This document shows, in pieces, positions 45,486 through 60,400 of a stretch of 64,000 nt of DNA. The DNA comes from Phoronis australis (Eukaryota > Animalia > Phoronida): positions 62,001 through 126,000 of the forward strand of contig NMRA01000605.1 in assembly GCA_002633005.1 (NCBI GenBank). The letters run 5' to 3'. Below the pieces are notes generated by a model. That model was not told where the DNA came from. It saw only the letters and a list, made by a program, of their open reading frames with translations, and did no database searches. The translations under genes were made by a program, and so were the position numbers. Every line of letters starts with the position of its first letter. The stretch's first letter is position 1.

Positions 45486-48400
45486 TTAATACATGATACT
45501 TGATGAGTGTCTTGGGTACATCTGTTGTGCCGTTAAGTTTTTCTGACAGGTGTCAAACACGTCTTTGAACCGTTTCGCCAATTCAGCAGTCTGGAAAAAG
45601 AAAACCAGATAGAACGAGTACCAGAGGTGTTGGAAGAGACAAAACAATACACATGACACTGAGAATTAGTCATGTTTTCCACAAAGTCAAAATCACTATC
45701 TCAACTCAATGCAATATTCAAGACACCGTTATCATCATGATGGTGGGATTTTCTGCAGAGTAACCCCAAGTCAGAAAATATCCGTTCAAGGACCAACATT
45801 CAAATTATTATATGCCCAAGCCTATGTTTGGAAGTGACAAATTTACAGTCAGGCGAATCGAACAATATTCTGTGTGTGATGCTGAGCAGTATAGAACCAC
45901 GAGAGTAAATACACATGTCCCCACAGGCAGGAGATGATGCAGGAATCAATTATGCTTTTGATATCAATGTCAGCCAATCAAACTTGGGTAAGCTTGGGAC
46001 TCACAAATGCTTTTCCCCCAAAATACACACCGAAGGTATATCTGCAGAGAACTGTCCTCATAATTTGCCCGATAAGGCATTTCTAAAGATAAGCCAACAA
46101 TAAATTTTGACACAAATTAAAGTGAGCACATGTGAAGAATGTATAGACAGATACAGGACAGGAATTGTGCCAGTCTGAGCATAAATCTGTAAACGATGAC
46201 TAGAAAATATTTCTCCGAGTAATCTTTATAGTGTTACAAGAGTGTAATGAGAGAACTGCTGCGATGACCATACTACTACAGGAAAAGGTCATTTATGTTC
46301 ATTTTTAGGGCATGTTTAGTAGTTTTAGTTTAAAAATCTGGCAAAATCTCTGCACATAAAAATTGTGCGGCAATTTTTTGCCAATTTTCACACAAACACG
46401 ACAATAGTGTATTTTGTGGCATCTTATGGATTGGTTTTAACCTTTAACTTGGACAAAGCTTGGCCAATGTCAATAAAATTCGACAACTCTTGAAGACTAC
46501 TGTAGTGCCAGGCTTTACTAATTAGTCTTCAAGCAAACAAACTACCAATCAAAACAGTGAAGTAAAATGTAATTTTGCAAATTTAAAATACCGGCCTGAT
46601 CACACCAGCACGTACCTTAAATTTAATTGCAAACTGCTCAATGGCAGGCTCGTCCCCACCATCACTCTCTGAGAAGTCCATGCCGAACCAACACCAGGCG
46701 GTCTCTGACGTCGCCATGGGCTTCAGCTCCATGTCTGCTGTGATATTCTGGTTGCACACCACCTTGAACACCTGTTCCCGTCTATGGACAAGGCGGTATT
46801 TACCTGGAGGGCAGAGAAGCATGCTGAATTTTGGTTAGAAAACAATGCACAGAATCTTCTCCACATGGCTGAAGCATGCGCACCCATGCTCAACAGATAA
46901 TTAAATCTGCGCCTCTGTTCTGTTGCCGTTGTCTTGGGTGTTCAGCTATTTCCACTTTTTGGGCCTATAACTTTGCGGGCCACTCGCCATAATATGACAT
47001 CAACAAGACAAAACACATTCAATTGAAATTCACGGTATTGCAACATGTCATGTTCTCAGTGAAGAGAAACCATCACTTGCCAAAAGTTTTAGATCATGTT
47101 GCTAGCATAATAAATGTAACAATACATTAAAAACATGCTTACACATTCCTCAAACCGACTCTTGGCTGGTAATTTCTTACCAAAGCCTTTGATACCTTCT
47201 CCAAAATTCGGTACTTATCACAACAAGAGTGAACTGTCATGAACATTAATTTGTAAATGTATATGTATATATAGAACATTTCAAGTTTTACTTCATGCAA
47301 ACCACAATGTCCCACCAAGCTGCAACAAATATTATTACAATATCTTGTTAAATTATTACTTGCTAATAATCCACGGTTTCATGGACAAAATGTAGAGTAA
47401 ACTTTCAAAAAAGCTGTGTGCTTGCATCAGCAAAATCTCAGTTGTACAGCTGAATACAGATGAAAACTAACCAGACTTGGTGTTTTTCAAGATCTTCATT
47501 TCACCGATTCCTCGCTCCTTCCATTGTTTCACCTTGTTGTCAAAACGGAACAGCTTTGAGCGGTATCTGAACAGGATCTCATCATCTTCTTCACCTTCGA
47601 AAAAACAAGGAAAACACAATTGAGAGTTCACCGATATCAACATCTGCATCCTTTGAGTTCAGCACAGAGAGGCAAATGAAACAGTTGTACATACTGTCAT
47701 CTGATCAGTGCCAGGACTGTGTATTCATCTAAACCAGTCCAGTTCTGCAACTCATCTGATCAATATGCCAGGACTGAGTATTTAATATCTAAACCAGTTC
47801 ACTTGCCTTCCCAAGAATCACTTCTAAATCCTCTTGTCTTCATATCCCAACAAGTGGGTAAAGGCAATTGGAGAAGGCAATGTGTATGATTTGGATGCAT
47901 ATGACATAGCAACATAGATGAATGAGGATAGTGTAGTGCAATTGTCACAGACAAACATACAGAGAAACAGACAGACAAGTAAACCTATAGTCTGACAGAT
48001 CCTCCTGCATAGACAAACAGACACGCACACATCATACCATACTTACCAGTCTTGACCTCCACCTGGTCAGGCAGGGATATAATGGGTTCATAGTGGGGGT
48101 CGTGGTCAGTGTTAGTTGTAAACAGAGTTGCACCAGCTCCAGACCACTGGAACGGCTTCCTAGCTGCAGACAGACAGACACACATGGCAATAACAGGTTA
48201 AATAATAGGGGACATTGCAGGGGAGATAATAGGCAGAATAGCAGGAGAAATAAACATCACTGGTTTATATGACTTCTCCCCACACAAACCTAAAAGAAAC
48301 ACAACATTAATTAATGGTGATCTTAGTCTCCCAAATTTTTAACCTACCGGATTACTTGCAATGATCATCTAATACAATTATATTATATTAAATATGGCTG

Positions 48401-51400
48401 ATTACATGCAGTTTTCATCCTGAGTGTATACCATGCACGCCTTGAAACAGTCACACACAGACTGTAAAACAACACTTGTCATCTGACAAAAGCATTTTCT
48501 GCTAACAATAATAACACGTTACACAGTGGAACAAGATGGTTACTGGAAGTGAACCCCAGTGACAAGCTGCTTGAAAATTGCTGAAGCCCAGACAGACACA
48601 TGGCAGTGATTGATTTGAGACAGCATTTTTACAACCATTTCTTTAACTTCAAACTCCAGTAACATGACATTTCGCTTCACAATCTGACATTTTTTTCAAA
48701 AGTACAAACATCAACTCTACTTTATAAGCTAGCGATAAATAATGTAGCAAACAAATTATGAAGTATTTTCAACTTCAACGCTATAAAAATTATGAAATAT
48801 ATTTTACTTCAACTCTATAAAAACTATGAAATATATTTTCACTTCAACTCTATACAAGTCATAAGTTATATTTAACTTCAACTCTATACAATCCCACATC
48901 CCAATATAATGCTCAACATAATGCAGCAAGCAAATTATCAAATATATTTAATTTCAACTCTACACTATGCTCAACATACCATGACTGCTTCCAAATCTAA
49001 ATTCACCACTAGATGTGGCTGCCACAGATGAAAAGGAAATCCCTGCGACTGCAGAGTTGGCAAATATGCCGGAGGCAGCTAAAATGAATGAGTTAATATA
49101 GCAGGGCAACATTCTAATGTAAAAAGTGATACTACTGTCTATGGACTCTAAAATGGAGAAGCTCAAACAGGAGTCGCCATTACAGGCATCATAAAAATTA
49201 TTCACTGAAATACAGTTGGTCAACAATATTGGAATAAAGTACCAGTTATAATGCAAGCCAATTCTGTTTAAAGCAGTCTTAGTTTGCAAAATTCAAAGTC
49301 CTAAACAGTTTTGTATCGAAGTCTAACTGGAATAAGAACACTTAATGCAACAACAATTATCCACAACAAACACAGAACAGGAAACCAACATGCACACGTT
49401 TCAATTTCACCATGTTAAGATAATTTTAACAATGACCAGAAATGACAGCACTAAATTATTCAGTGGTAAATATAACCACACTATAGCTTCATGTCACAAC
49501 ATGTAACATTACGTATTCATAAGCTCAGTACTTCTCTCCAATAGGTTTTTGGAAGCAAGAGCTTGGCTAAACATCATTAACATTACAAAGGACAAGCTTT
49601 CCTGAACATTAATATTGAACTTATTCAACCTAACCAAGAGCACTACTTGTTCTAAGTAATTTCAATATCACAAGGACATAACTCTTGAAAAAGTCACAGC
49701 ACACTGAGTATTTCAACAATTGTGAATAGCCAGTTGCGACAAAAATATATTTCCCCCGACTGGATTGTGAAAGAAACCTACATCTTGCATATTGTGCTTA
49801 TGAATTTAATATTTAAAAATATTTCTTTGATAGTCAAACTCACTTGGTTCCTCTGCATCAGCCCCAGGCTCTGTGGCCGATAGTTCAGGCACCTGGTCAT
49901 CGTCTGATACTGGTGGCACAGATTGTTCAGGAACATAATCTTCACAGCCCCTGCAACCAGGACAGGGTGAGGCTTCCTCGTACAAGTAAAATGTGTCGGG
50001 CAGTAAGTATTTGCGGGCTAACTCTACCTTGTCTGGGGATGGCAGTCTCTCGCTCACAAAGATCACCTCATCTAAATGAGACAGAAATAGCTTTTTGCCC
50101 AAGATCCTCAATTAAAAGATGTCAAAAGCTGTTACCAAAGATAAAGACTGAATAATCGTGCATTTACATAGAACAAGATGAACATCGATATAAAACTGGA
50201 AAAGCATTTTGAAGATAGTCTTGTTGTATTTTATACACTAGTCAGTGAATGAATTAATGGTAGATAACAACATGTGGGTAACAATGAATTTGTTTAGAGG
50301 AAAAGGATGACGTTTTCATCAATTTTTGACTTTGGAGAACATGCTCAAAATTTCCAGAAACTGCTGATACTTGAATTTTTTTCAGGACACATCCACAGCT
50401 TTGTAATAAAACGGTGAAGTTTTCAGTGCTCATAGTAAGGAATGTTTTCACAATAAAAAGGCAAAGAATACTGTTGGCCACAGCATCTGAATGTACAAAC
50501 TTTGTCTTCACTGCTTCAGAATTTCTTAATGGAACATCCACACTCAGGAGACCTCACCACTAAATACACAAACATTGCTAATACAGCACTTCTCACCATC
50601 TTCAGTAGAGGATCCTTCCGAATCTTGGACACCAATGTTTTCAACGACACCTAGTGGACAGAAACACAAGTATGAACTTGAAAACTGATGATGCATTGAA
50701 TAGNNNNNNNNNNNNNNNNNNNNNNNNNNNNNNNNNNNNNNNNNNNNNNNNNNNNNNNNNNNNNNNNNNNNNNNNNNNNNNNNNNNNNNNNNNNNNNNNN
50801 NNNNNNNNNNNNNNNNNNNNNNNNNNNNNNNNNNNNNNNNNNNNNNNNNNNNNNNNNNNNNNNNNNNNNNNNNNNNNNNNNNNNNNNNNNNNNNNNNNNN
50901 NNNNNNNNNNNNNNNNNNNNNNNNNNNNNNNNNNNNNNNNNNNNNNNNNNNNNNNNNNNNNNNNNNNNNNNNNNNNNNNNNNNNNNNNNNNNNNNNNNNN
51001 NNNNNNNNNNNNNNNNNNNNNNNNNNNNNNNNNNNNNNNNNNNNNNNNNNNNNNNNNNNNNNNNNNNNNNNNNNNNNNNNNNNNNNNNNNNNNNNNNNNN
51101 NNNNNNNNNNNNNNNNNNNNNNNNNNNNNNNNNNNNNNNNNNNNNNNNNNNNNNNNNNNNNNNNNNNNNNNNNNNNNNNNNNNNNNNNNNNNNNNNNNNN
51201 NNNNNNNNNNNNNNNNNNNNNNNNNNNNNNNNNNNNNNNNNNNNNNNNNNNNNNNNNNNNNNNNNNNNNNNNNNNNNNNNNNNNNNNNNNNNNNNNNNNN
51301 NNNNNNNNNNNNNNNNNNNNNNNNNNNNNNNNNNNNNNNNNNNNNNNNNNNNNNNNNNNNNNNNNNNNNNNNNNNNNNNNNNNNNNNNNNNNNNNNNNNN

Positions 51401-54400
51401 NNNNNNNNNNNNNNNNNNNNNNNNNNNNNNNNNNNNNNNNNNNNNNNNNNNNNNNNNNNNNNNNNNNNNNNNNNNNNNNNNNNNNNNNNNNNNNNNNNNN
51501 NNNNNNNNNNNNNNNNNNNNNNNNNNNNNNNNNNNNNNNNNNNNNNNNNNNNNNNNNNNNNNNNNNNNNNNNNNNNNNNNNNNNNNNNNNNNNNNNNNNN
51601 NNNNNNNNNNNNNNNNNNNNNNNNNNNNNNNNNNNNNNNNNNNNNNNNNNNNNNNNNNNNNNNNNNNNNNNNNNNNNNNNNNNNNNNNNNNNNNNNNTCA
51701 ACCACTGCATCCTTTTTCACATAAACACCAAACATTACCCACAGCTAAGAGATCCAACCATCATTTGTCTGACCTTTCACTAAATACTGTTACAGTAATT
51801 CCACACTTATTTAGCACACAATATGGCCAACAAGAGACATTATGTTTTGCTAAATTTCTCCACAAAAATAGAAATTAAGAACATTTTAGTCTATTAAAAG
51901 CACGGATTGTAGTGTTTAGATGTCATAAAACAACATTTGATGAAACTCATCTTATATACAAAAAGGTAATAGCCTTTTGAAATGTGGAAAGATAACCATT
52001 ATCCAAGTATTTTTGGGCAACATAATTAGAGAAATACCGTACATCTGCAGAAACCTTACCTGCTCGCGTCTCATCAGCACACGCCACTGCTCCTTTGTCG
52101 TGTGCGTCAGGATCTTCATCTCACCTATGCCACGGTCCTTCCACTGCTTGGCCGAGCTGTCATAGCGAAACAACTTGGCACGTTCACAGAACAGCGCCAC
52201 CTCTTCCTCCTCACCACTCTGAACAGCCACAGCTTCCGGCAGCTCGACAATTGGCGTGAAATAAACATCCGCTTCATAACTAGTTTCATGCGGTCCCTCG
52301 TCATCTTCATTGTTGACCTCAGCACTTACAGTTGTGGGGATAGTGGGCTGGCTAAATGAGAATCCTGACGTGCCAGTAGTTGATGAGCTGACCAGTGAAA
52401 AACCAGCAAATGGCTTGGGGGCCTCATTCTTAGGTTCAGAATCTCCTTCTACCACTGTAGTCGTTGACACGTCTGGTTTGGACGCAAATGAAAAGCCACT
52501 AAAGACATTGGTAGAGGCAGGTTTGTCAGCTGAGCTAGCTTTACTGCTTTCACCCATTGTGAAAGAAAAGTTGAAGCCAGATGGGACAAACTTTGGAGGA
52601 GAGATGGGAGTCTGGCTGTTGGAAATTGCAGCTGCCGTCGTGGTCAGTTGTGAACTAGTTGATTCAACAACAGGTGGCGTGGATGCAGGCACAGTAGATA
52701 ACCCACTGAAGACGAACCCTCCTTTTGGTGCAAAACTGACTTGTCCTATGGGCTCTAAAATTAACAAGAAATCTGTATGTAATGGAAAGGCTATGCTCAC
52801 ATATTTATTTTGTTTGCTAATTTTAGATTTTAATTATTTGTCACTAATTCTAGGATCTTTAAGACTGACATTTCTGATTACTCAACAGCCAATTATCGCG
52901 CCTCAAATAGTCACAGGTTTGCCAATGGTTATTTTATGCCGGTTAAAAGCACAAACTACGTAAAGCACAATTATTGTTTCCACTTATTGTTTGACAAAAA
53001 TAATGGTCTACCTCTCAGCCATATTGTGCTCTACAGACGTGAAGAATTTCTACAGGCAGATTACTCTAGACTGTCTAGCAAAACAGTGTTACTCCAGATA
53101 TCCACATCATGAATACAGTCATGTTGGCCTTGCTCAGTTCGCGATTTCATGAATTGCACAATTTATATAAACAGAGCTGTGCATGGCTAAAATGGGATTC
53201 TGGTGAAAACAAAACATGTTTCACTGATCCCAGCATAACAAATTCACGGCTGCCTAATCCATCGTAATGAGAACAGTGCCTATGTTGGTTAAATCAGCAT
53301 CTTAAGCTCAAGGAACCAGCGAATCAGATTCATTCAATATTGTACAATGCAAAAATATACTATAACACACATGGTTTGAATGTAAATTAGCATTTCAAGC
53401 AAAAAAAACATAGCAATAGAGGACAAAGTGTAAATAAACAAAATGTGGTAAGTCAAATCATATTTAAAAATTACAGTAGCAATGCAGCAGCGATGAAGAG
53501 CACCCACAAATGAACTGCAAATGGCGTGCTTCTTAGGGTTGTTTATTTGTATCATAAAAATAGCCACAAGATGGCACAAAATATGTCGAATCCATCCGAA
53601 AACAGGAACATGACACAAAGGAAAATGGAAAAAATGAAATTGCCACTAGGGGCAAAGGGTTCATCGGATCCGTCTGAAAGTCGCCGTCCGTTGTTAACTT
53701 CATATAAATACACTTACTACTAAAAATCTTGCAGTGTCCTCCGTTGAGGACCTTTGAAAATACAGAGGCAAACGTAAAAAATAAAATTGCCACTAGGGGG
53801 ACACCGGTAGTCAGATCCTTCTGGAAGTTGTCATCGTCAACTTCACATAAATACACTTGCTAAATTTAGCATAGATCCTGCAGAGGGTTCAGGAGATACA
53901 GCCAGGGGCTCAAAACAAAACAAAAATACCACTAGGATTCGCCACAGTAGTCGAAGTTGTCGGAAAATCATCGTCACCATCCTCTTCATAGTAAGAACAC
54001 ACATGTATTTTCACAATCGCCCTAAGAGTGGTTTCGTAAAGTAAAGAAATTGCCACTAGGGGACACACTGGAAGCCGAATCCGTACGAAAGTTCGCTAAT
54101 GTCGCCCATCCATAAAAGGAACACATGCAAAATTTCATGAACATACGTCAAAGATTGGAGATAGAGCAGCGAAAGCCAGACAGACGTCGGATGGATGGGG
54201 ATGACGGGATAATGCGTCCAGATATAAACATGTGGGCACATAAAAATGAGGGTATACTCTCTGCTGGTTTGGCTTCATCTGGGTGACCAGGTTTTGTAGT
54301 CTTACATGTAGCACAGCTAGTGACATCTCCAGTGCTGTAGATCAAAAAAGAACATTCCCACTCACTTTCAGCTGGTTTGAACTGATCCAGATTCGTCACG

Positions 54401-57400
54401 GCTGATGCAGTGTCCTCCTTCACATTGGTGGTTGAGTCAGGTTTGGGAGAGAATGTGAACCCATGGGAGGATGCGGTTTTCCCAAATATTGATGTACCTA
54501 CGGAAGGTGACAAAATACAAATTAATGTACCTATGGAGGGTGACAAAATAGAGACAGGCTTACAGAAGACAACAAAATATAGACATACCTATGAAAGGTG
54601 ACAAAAATAGGGGTACATAACGTCAACAAAATATTGATGTACCTACACAGAGCAGCAAAATATATATGTACCTTCTGAGGGTGACAAAATAACAGAACAA
54701 ACTGAACGGCCGAAACAGTCTATGTCTCAAAAATCCCACTAGCCAGAGATGTTATCACACAAACATTTTTGTTACAATTCTATATTTTTGAAAATCGATC
54801 ATTTAGTATTGTATAGGGCAAAAATAAGTATAACACCTGTCTTGGGATTGTTACTACAAGTTTTGAGTGCAAATAAGCATTTCAAGCAAAAATATACAAC
54901 AAGAGAGCACAGAGTGTAAAAACACAAAACTGTCGGCCAAATAGCACAAATATACAACAATAGAGCACAGAGTGTAAAAACACAAAACTGTCGGACAAAT
55001 AGCATAAAAATTAAAGTAAGGATACACTCTCCACTGGCTAATGGTTTCATGTGCACGACCAGGTTTCGCATTCTGACAAGCAGCATAGCTAGTGGCATTT
55101 TCAGAGTTGTAGACCAAACACACAAAACTTTCCCACTCACCCTCAGCTGGTTTGAACTGATCCAAGCTGGTTTCAGCTGATGCAAGGGTGGGGATAGTGG
55201 GCTGGCTAAATGAGAATCCTGACGTGCCAGTAATTGATGAGCTGACCAGTGAAAAACCAGCAAATGGCTTGGGGGCCTCATTCTTAGGTTCAGAATCTCC
55301 TTCTCCCACTGTACTCGTTGACACGTCTGGTTTGGACGCAAATGAAAAGCCACTAAAGACATTGGTAGAGGCAGGTTTGTCAGCTGAGCTAGCTTTACTG
55401 CTTTCACCGATTGTGAAAGAAAAGTTGAAGCCAGATGGGACAAACTTCGGAGGAGAGAAAGGAGTCTGGCTGTTGGACATTGCAGCTGCTGTCGTGGTCA
55501 GTTGTGAACTAGTTGATTCAACAACAGGTGGCTTGGATGCAGGCACAGTAGATAACCCACTGAAGACGAACCCTCCTTTTGGGTCAAAACTGACTTGTCC
55601 TATGGGCTCTAAAATTAACAAGAAACCTGTATGTACTGGAAAGGCTATGCTCACATATTTATTTTGTTTGCTAAATTTAGATTTTAATTATTTGTCAGTA
55701 ATTCTAGGATCTTTAAGACTGACATTTCTGATTACTCAACAGCCAATTATCGCGCCTCAAATAGTCACAAGTTTGCTAACGGTTATTTTATGCCAGTTAA
55801 AAGCACAAACTATATAAAGCACAATTACTGTTTCCACTTATTGTTTGACAAAAATAATGGTCTACCTCTCTGCCATATTGTGCTTTACAGACGTGAAGAA
55901 TTTGTGCAGGCAGATTACTCTAGACTGTCTAGCAAAACAGTGTTACTCCAGATAACCACATCACGAATACAGTCATGTTGGCCTTACTCAGTTCGCGAAT
56001 GCATGAATTGCACAATTTATATAAACAGAGCTGTGCATGGCTAAAATGGGATTCAAGGCAAAAATCTACTATAATATCAGTTTTGCGATTGTTACAGGGT
56101 TTGAACGTAAATTAGCATTTCAAGTAAAAAAAAACAAAGCAATAGAGGTCAAAGTGTAAATAAACAAAATAAGGCTAGTCAAATCATATTAAAAAATTAC
56201 AGTAGCAATGCAGAGCGATGAAGTGCACCCAAAAATGAACTGCAAATGGCATGCTTCTAGGGTTGTTTATTTGTATCATAAAAATAGCCACAAGATGGCA
56301 CAAAATATGTCGAATCCATCCGAAAACAGGAACATGCCACAAAGGAATATGGAAAAAATGAAATTGCCACTAGGGGCACAGCGTTCATCGAATCCGTCTG
56401 AAAGTCGTCTACTGTAGTTAACTTCATATAAATACACTAACTACTAAAAATCTTGCAGCGTCCTCCGTTGAGGACCTTTGAAAATACAGAGGCAAACGTA
56501 AAAAATAAAATTGCCACTAGGGGGGACACCAGAAGTCAGATCCTTCTGGAAGTCGTCATTGTCAACTGCACATAAATACACTTGCTAAGTTTAGCATAGA
56601 TCCTGCAGAGGGTTTAGGAGATACAGCCATGGGCGCAAAACAAAACAAAAATGCCACTAGGATTCGCCACAGTAGTCGAAGTCGTCGGAAAATCATCGTC
56701 ACCATCCTCTTCATAGTAAGAACACACGTGTATTGTCACAATCACCCTAAAAGTGGTTTCGTAAAGTAAAGAAATTGCCACTAGGGGACACACTGGAAGC
56801 CGAATCCGTACGAAAGTTCGTTAATGTCGCCCATCCATAAAAGGAACACATGCAAAATTTCATGAACATACGTCAAAGATTGGAGATAGAGCAGCGAAAG
56901 CCAGACAGACGTCGGATGGATGGGGATGACGGGATAATGCGTCCAGATATAAATATGTGGGCACATAAAAATGAGGGTATACTCTCTGCTGGTTTGGCTT
57001 CATCTGGGTGACCACGTTTCGTAGTTTTACATGTAGCACAGCTAGTGACATCTTCAGTGTTGTAGATCAAAAAACGAACATTCCCACTCACTCTCAGCTG
57101 GTTTGAACTGATCCAGATTCGTCACGGCTGATGCAGTGTTCTCCTTCACAATGGTGGTTGAGTCAGGTTTGGGAGAGAATGTGAACCCATGAGAGGATGT
57201 GGTTTTCCCAACTATTGATGTACCTATGGAAGGTGGAAAAATACAAATGTACCTATGGAGGGTGACAAAATAGTGACAGGCTTACAGAAGGCAACAAAAT
57301 ATAGACATACCTATGAAAGGTGACAAAAACTAGGAGTACATAATGTAACAAAATATTGATGTACCTACACAGAGCAGCAAAATATATATGTACCTTCTGA

Positions 57401-60400
57401 GGGTGACAAAATAACAGAACAAACTCAAAGGCCGAAACAGTCTATGTCTCAAAAATCCCACTAGCCAGAGATGTTATCACACAAACATTTTTGTTACAAT
57501 TCTATATTTGTTCCTGAGTTACTGACAAGCATTTTGAAGGTGTCCTTCCCTTGATACCCACAATGAAATCTGCCTCTGAATAGGCAAAAGAAAATAGCAT
57601 AATTACCTAATGTGTTTTTTTGAAAATCAATCATTTAGTATCGTATAGTGCAAAAATAAATATAACACTGCAGTGTCCTCCTTTGCAATGGTGGTTGAGT
57701 CAGGAATTGGACAGAACGTGAATCCAGAACAGGATGCAGGTGCCCCAAATATAGGTGTACCTATGGAGGGTGACAAAATACAGATATGCCTATGGAGGGT
57801 GACAAAATATTGATTAACTACCAAGAGCAACAGAATATAAACGTATCTACAAAAGAATAACAAATTATAGATGTACCTAAGGAGGGCCAAAAAATATAGA
57901 TCTACCTCCGGAGAGCAAAAAAATAGATAAAACAATGGAGGGTGACAAAAATAGATGTACCCATGGTGAGTTACAAAATAAATTCGTACCTACAGAAGAC
58001 AATAAAATAACAGAACAGACTAAATGGCTATAATAGACTGTCTGTCAAAATCTCACTGGCCAGAGATGTTATCACACAGAAAAAGTCATCTGATGCACGC
58101 TGAGCTGGGATTCTTTTTTCTTCCCAATTATAAGCTGATGACAGTTGAAATGGTTAATGATCCTTGAGTTCACATCTTGTGCAGACCACGACCAATTCAC
58201 TATTTTTTACTTTAGAGTCAGATTAAAATTTCCATAGCAACTTGCAATTGAATGCGACATTCTAGACTTATTAGTATACACAACCATATAAACAAATAAA
58301 AGTAATCAAAAATTAGAAAAAATATAGACCTTATTATGTAATTTCAGCCAAAAACGAGTGATATTCATGTTGGATTGCTGCAACTGGGTCAACAAATTTC
58401 CCAGCTAATGTATACAGGATCAGTCCACTAGTGGCAGGAGGGGTTACCGCAAGTAAAACAAGTAGTTAAAGTGTATTTTGGAGAAGTTTAATAAAACAAA
58501 GTCCTGCAGATTACAAAATACACATTAGTGGCTGACTTTTGTTCACAATAATTCAAAATTTTACGCTAGTACAAATAATTTTGAAAAAAAATGACAATCA
58601 CTCATCCCTATCCAAGTCAACTGACACTGACTGCAGAGCAACGATTTCCTCGACTTCTCACCGAGTGATTCAGCCTACCGAAGATTGTTCTCTCTTGAAG
58701 CAATACTCAGCTGCTTGCACCCCAATCCACTGGCTTTGCAGGTATAAGACATTGTTCTGCGATTAAGCTAATCCAGACTGTTTTCTTCAAGTTCTGCTTG
58801 TTCCAGTCTAACGTAACCGTATTCACGATGGGTCGATCATGAAACTCATCTGGCGACTCGTTGCTGCCGTCAGACGACTCGTCGCTGTCACGAAATTCCT
58901 CCTTGTCCCCATCCATTAATGTGCTCTTCGACGAGTTCAGTTCATTCTCGCTGATCTTGATTCAGCAGTCAGCAACAAGAGTTAATCACTGAGATATCAG
59001 CTACACGGCGATCAGCCATCTTATTGTCTTGTAAATATGCCTTGACCTCGTGACCACACAGTTTCACGCCCACTTAACTAGTTCTAGCGAATGAGGTCAG
59101 TGATGTATTAGGTTAAAAGGTTGTTGCTAGCAAAAAGACTGGTGAGTGGAACTTCTTTGGAATTTATCCCAATGCAAAAAAGTGAAATTACAACTAATGA
59201 TTGGACGAAAAACTCAAAGAGCTTACTACATATATAATGAGCAGAGATTGACCTTTCTGTTGATGTGTTTACGAGCGAATTGGGTCATCGGTTGACTGAG
59301 CAATTGGGTCACAAAAACCGGAAAATTTTGATGAAAATTTCACAAGCTATCCAGTCGTGGAGAAGGTGATATTGTTTTTTAAAATGAAATAAGGTTTAAA
59401 ATGAAGTTTGCTTGTTTTAAAGCAATGTTTTGTGAAGTAAAATGAATAAATAATCATAATCTGCCATAAAAAGTTTTGACCTAATTTTCACCGAAAGCTA
59501 CTGTTTGCAGTCTGGTCAGGAAATAGAGTTTCCGACTTAAAGACATAGTTTCACACCAAAACAACTGCTTTTCAACTCAAAGAATAGCATTGCAGGAGCC
59601 CGTTACTTGGGCTAGTTACTGTCCGCACAGCGTGATTAATTAGATAATCCCAGCAGTAATGACCTTCTCCGACTTCAGCCGAGTCAATTCTGAAAACAGA
59701 CTAGGCGGTTACATGAGCGTCTGTGATGTCGAGTCCGGAAGACATCTGTGTTGTAGGAATGAACTCGGCTGGTAAACCGCAGTCACACAAGGCAGAAACC
59801 AACATGGATTATGAAAGCTTTAGCGACGAGTCTTCCAACGACGAGGAAATTTTAGAAAATCTTTTGTGACGATAAAGCGTCGGACACAGACAATACGATG
59901 CACAACGACCATCGTGAGCATGTTCTTGACAACATAAACGGGCACTGCAGGTTCGAACCAGTGCCTGCAAGTGTCCCGGTCGCTTTGGATGAAGAGACAG
60001 CGTCGGATCCCGAAGACAATGACAGCACAACTTCAGACGTTTTATCATGTTAGGTAAATGGAAAACACAAACAATGCTGCGAGTTTGAATGCAAATGTTT
60101 ATTTTCGATTTATTTATAATACTTCAAGTTAAATAAAAAGCAATTTCAAACATCGGGACTGGTAGACGGATAAACTGCGATATGCAAGACTATTTGCCGT
60201 TTTGTCCTACGTTTCTTGATTTGCGTAGGTTGAAAGCAAGGTGGGATAAGTTTTGTTGTAGATTATGGATTGTAATTTGTATTTTATAACAAAAGCTTAT
60301 TTTTGATTTTATATCTATTTTAAGTAATTACTGAACAGAGAGGGGGTCGCAACCATTAAAAGTCACCCGCACTCGAATTAATTTAATCCCCATAATGTTT

